From: Azolla caroliniana
Taxonomy: Eukaryota > Plantae > Polypodiophyta
Direction of reading: 5' to 3'
Assembly (NCBI GenBank): GCA_043228905.1
Contig: JBHGNT010000213.1
Span: 1 to 51,959 of the forward strand
Length of the DNA: 51,959 nucleotides
A program made the position numbers and the translations under genes. How positions within the stretch are numbered: position 1 is the stretch's first letter; each line of letters begins with the position of its first letter. Under the pieces are notes generated by a model that was not told the DNA's origin, made no database searches, and saw only the letters and a list, made by a program, of their open reading frames with translations. This document shows, piece after piece, positions 48,977-51,959 of this stretch.

Positions 48977-50189
48977 CGCTAGATGAGTGATAACACCCTA
49001 AATGCAGATCCTTGATCCTTTATTTTAAAAGCTTCAAATCAATTACAGATCCTCAAATTGCGAATTGAGTTTATGGTCATCAAGCATCACCATACAAAAT
49101 TAAGAATTTTTGCAGAGAAATCAGGTACCTTAATCAAAGAAATCCATGACATTTGTATTTCGATGCCCATTTCTCTGCCATTGATAGATGAGCAATCAAA
49201 ACCTACACCTGGATCGTCGATGCTTCATTCAGAAGCTTCCAATCTCAGGTGGGCTCTGGCAACTGAGCTTGAATATAACAAAAGGAAACAAATTATCTGG
49301 ACAAATCGTATATATCTTGAATAGAAAATGCTAAGAATAGCAGAAAAAATAAATAAATTACGTAGAGAATAAATGTGAGTTTATCAGAATTATATAAAAT
49401 CTGCAAAACTCTTACCCCTAACCTTTGATCCTTCATTCATGAACTTTAAATCCCAATTGAGCTACACTAATAGAGCTTGAGCATCATGATAAGAAACGAA
49501 TTACACACGGAAATCAGATATACTTGAATCAAAACACACCTAACAGAAATACATTAATGTAAGGAGGTGCAACAGTTTTCAATAAAATTCCAACAAAAGG
49601 GAACAAAGGCAAATCTGTACCAGAACCTAAATGCAGACCCATAATCTTTAATTCAAGGATGCTGCTATAGCTATAGATTTTAAACATAGAAAAAACAATA
49701 TATGCATATATATATATATATATGTATGTATGTATACGGACACAGAAATCAGATATACCTATATCCAAACTGTTGGGGAGCTTGATATACCCAAAACTTA
49801 AAAAAGAGCGAGGAAGGAAGAAATGGGTGATGCAAAGACGGATCTGAGGGGGGGGGAGGAAGAGAGAGGGAAGAAGAATAGAAAGACAGAGAGATCTGGC
49901 AATGGATGGGGAGGAAGCTCGAGGATCTCGTTGTTGTTGTTGTTGTTATTGGGGGAAGAGGCAGGGGGGGGAGTGAGAAGAAGGAATGGGACTAGAAATG
50001 GAAAGTAAGGTTTTGGGCAGAGTCAGAGACAGAGACAGAGACCACGTTTGTGGGTCATGCCCAATGCAAAATCACACACGACCTTCCTTCCTTCCTTCCT
50101 TAGTCGTAAAAGGAAGAAAAGGAAAGAAAAGGCCTTCTTCTTCTTCTTCTTCTTCCAAAATGAAGCTACTTTCCCATTAGTTAGGAAGG

Positions 50190-50939
50190 ATTATTACAAA
50201 GAGATTGTACAAGGAGGCTTATACACAAATCGGGGAATCTCCCTCCGATCAAGTTCAAGAAAATGAGACTACTTACCTCGCCTTTCAGACTGACTACTTG
50301 ATGTAAGTAGATACCTATAGCTAAAAACGGTGCCTTTCAGTGATGGCTAGTACGAGACACCTCCTGGGGTCGACAGCGGAGGGAGTGTGTGGTAAGTGAG
50401 CCGGAAACAGCCAACATGGGGGCTGGTAGTTCCACCTCGGGCCACTTCCTCCTTGTGTCACCATAGGCGTGTTCCGCCATTTCTGCCAAAAGCGCAAATG
50501 GACAGTAACCACGTCATTGGAATGGCTACAAACCTCGTCCAATTGCCCTTGTAAGCAGCTGATCAGCGCAAACCATATGTCCATTATCACTTCCTCCAGG
50601 GGTCGCACCAGATCCTGAAAGACCTTTAGGCAACGCGCTTTCCATACATACCACAGGGTGAAGCCTACGATCAGCATCCAAATGTCCGAGAACCTAGGGG
50701 GTACGAACTGCAAGCCTCTCTCAAATCGAATCTTGGCAAATTTGCCTCTCATGCATACGTAGCACCAACTATCCGCATTGAGGGTGTCTGTCCACCTATC
50801 AACGGAGTGATCAAGCCATGTCACAGCACTCCACGATGTTGTTCCTTCCACTTCACATGTCGCAAGGAGGCGAGTCACTCTATCCCATACCTTTTGAGCT
50901 TGAGGGCAATCCCACAGACAATGCCTCAGAGTCTCAATA
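50190..50939 (-). mobile_element. L1-clade LINE 3' fragment (zf-RVT and C-terminus), interrupted by the gypsy LTR
   Basis: The minus strand reads IETLRHCLWDCPQAQKVWDRV...TLWYVWKARC.KVF, typical of the plant L1 ORF2 C-terminus. The left end is approximate. Confidence 0.8.
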
Positions 50940-51394
50940 TATTAGAGATCTAGGTACTAAAGTAAGCTTAAGATAAGGATAAACTAATGATAGATAGAAA
51001 GGAGAAAGAGAAAGAAGGGTGTCGATCCACCCGACCACCCCCAAGCGAAGGGATCGAGATGGACTCGAGCCTCGATCGGCGTCCCATACCACTGCCATGG
51101 CGTCGAGTCGTACCTGGTGTTGGCGCGCTCGCTACAAGAGTTGACCCACCACAAGAGCAGAGTCTCGATGTAGTCAAAAGATGATCAAATGAGGGTAGTT
51201 AGGCCTCTTATTTATAGCGATACCCAAGGCTCCCAGGCAAGTTCACACTTGACCTAATGGGTTGTCTCAATCCCGAGGATTAAAAGTAATCCTCCCCTTC
51301 TTTACACTCTCGTTTAACCCTCACACTTATCCACATGTATAGAATACTACGGTAAATTCTCACCACGGGATATTAAATGGTCATGCCCGTAACA
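50940..51394 (-). mobile_element. 3' LTR of a Ty3/gypsy chromovirus
   Basis: The minus strand begins TGTTACG right after the PPT GAAGGGGAG-TA (51405-51395) and ends CTCTAATA (mutated CA). Homologous to the solo LTR at 3774-4235. Confidence 0.9.
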
Positions 51395-51959
51395 TACTCC
51401 CCTTCTTTAAAACATTGCACTCTTGCAATGGAAAGTTAGGGAAGTTTGTTCTTAGAGTATTCTCGCGTTCCCATGTGGCATCTTTGATAGATTTGTCCAT
51501 CCATTTAATTTTAAATTCTCGGATTTCTTTTGTACATAACTTTTTTGTTTTAACATCGAGAATTCTTTCTAGTACATGTGGTTTCAAAGATAAATCTTCA
51601 GAAGTAACCAAACTTTCAGTTATAACTGTGTTGTCGCTAGAACCTAGAAGTTCTTTTAGACGACTCACATGGAAGACTGGATGAATTCCTACACCATCGG
51701 GAAGAGCGAGACGATAGGCTGATGACCCAATGCGTTTGAGGACTGTAAAAGGTCCACAAAACCGTGGGGCTAACTTAGCGCACTTACCTATAGACAATGT
51801 CTTAGAATTGTGAGGTACACGTAAAAATACCTTCTGTCCAAGGTTGAATACACGAGGTTGCCTATGATGGTCGGCATAAAAACGGGCTCTATCTTGAGCA
51901 GTTTTTATATTATCTCGTGCAATATGCAACATATCTTGCATATCCCAAAGAAAGTTTTG
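51381..51959 (-). mobile_element. Ty3/gypsy (chromovirus) pol C-terminus: integrase GPY/F module plus chromodomain
   Basis: KLAPRFCGPFTVLKRIGSSAYRLALP...IHPVFHVSRLK and ERILDVK...EFKIKW...DATWE. The ORF stop lies just inside the LTR, and the element runs off the right edge. Confidence 0.93.

Overview
Eukaryotic land-plant nuclear DNA. The repeat content and gene types suggest a fern or other seed-free plant, but that is inference only. There are two intron-rich genes, both on the - strand. (1) A 16-exon glutamate dehydrogenase of about 512 aa (18084-9322). Its motifs and C-terminal antenna-like insert are of the animal GLUD1 type, not the canonical seed-plant GDH1-3 type. (2) A 31-exon BEACH-domain protein C2-like gene (48976-21083), intact except for one apparent frameshifting deletion in exon 3. 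Retroelements flank the genes and fill their introns: the 3' end of a decayed Ty1/copia element whose LTR carries two convergent tRNA-like (Pol III A/B-box) cassettes; a chromodomain Ty3/gypsy element and a solo LTR of the same family, both inserted in L1 zinc-finger regions; and two RTE-like LINE families, one nested in itself and present as a ~1 kb inverted pair inside the BEACH gene. There are also two hAT-type MITEs with 8-bp TSDs and many short tandem duplications, several copying splice sites. Exon structures were derived by hand from GT-AG sites and phase arithmetic, and protein comparisons are from memory of the families. No database searches were run.
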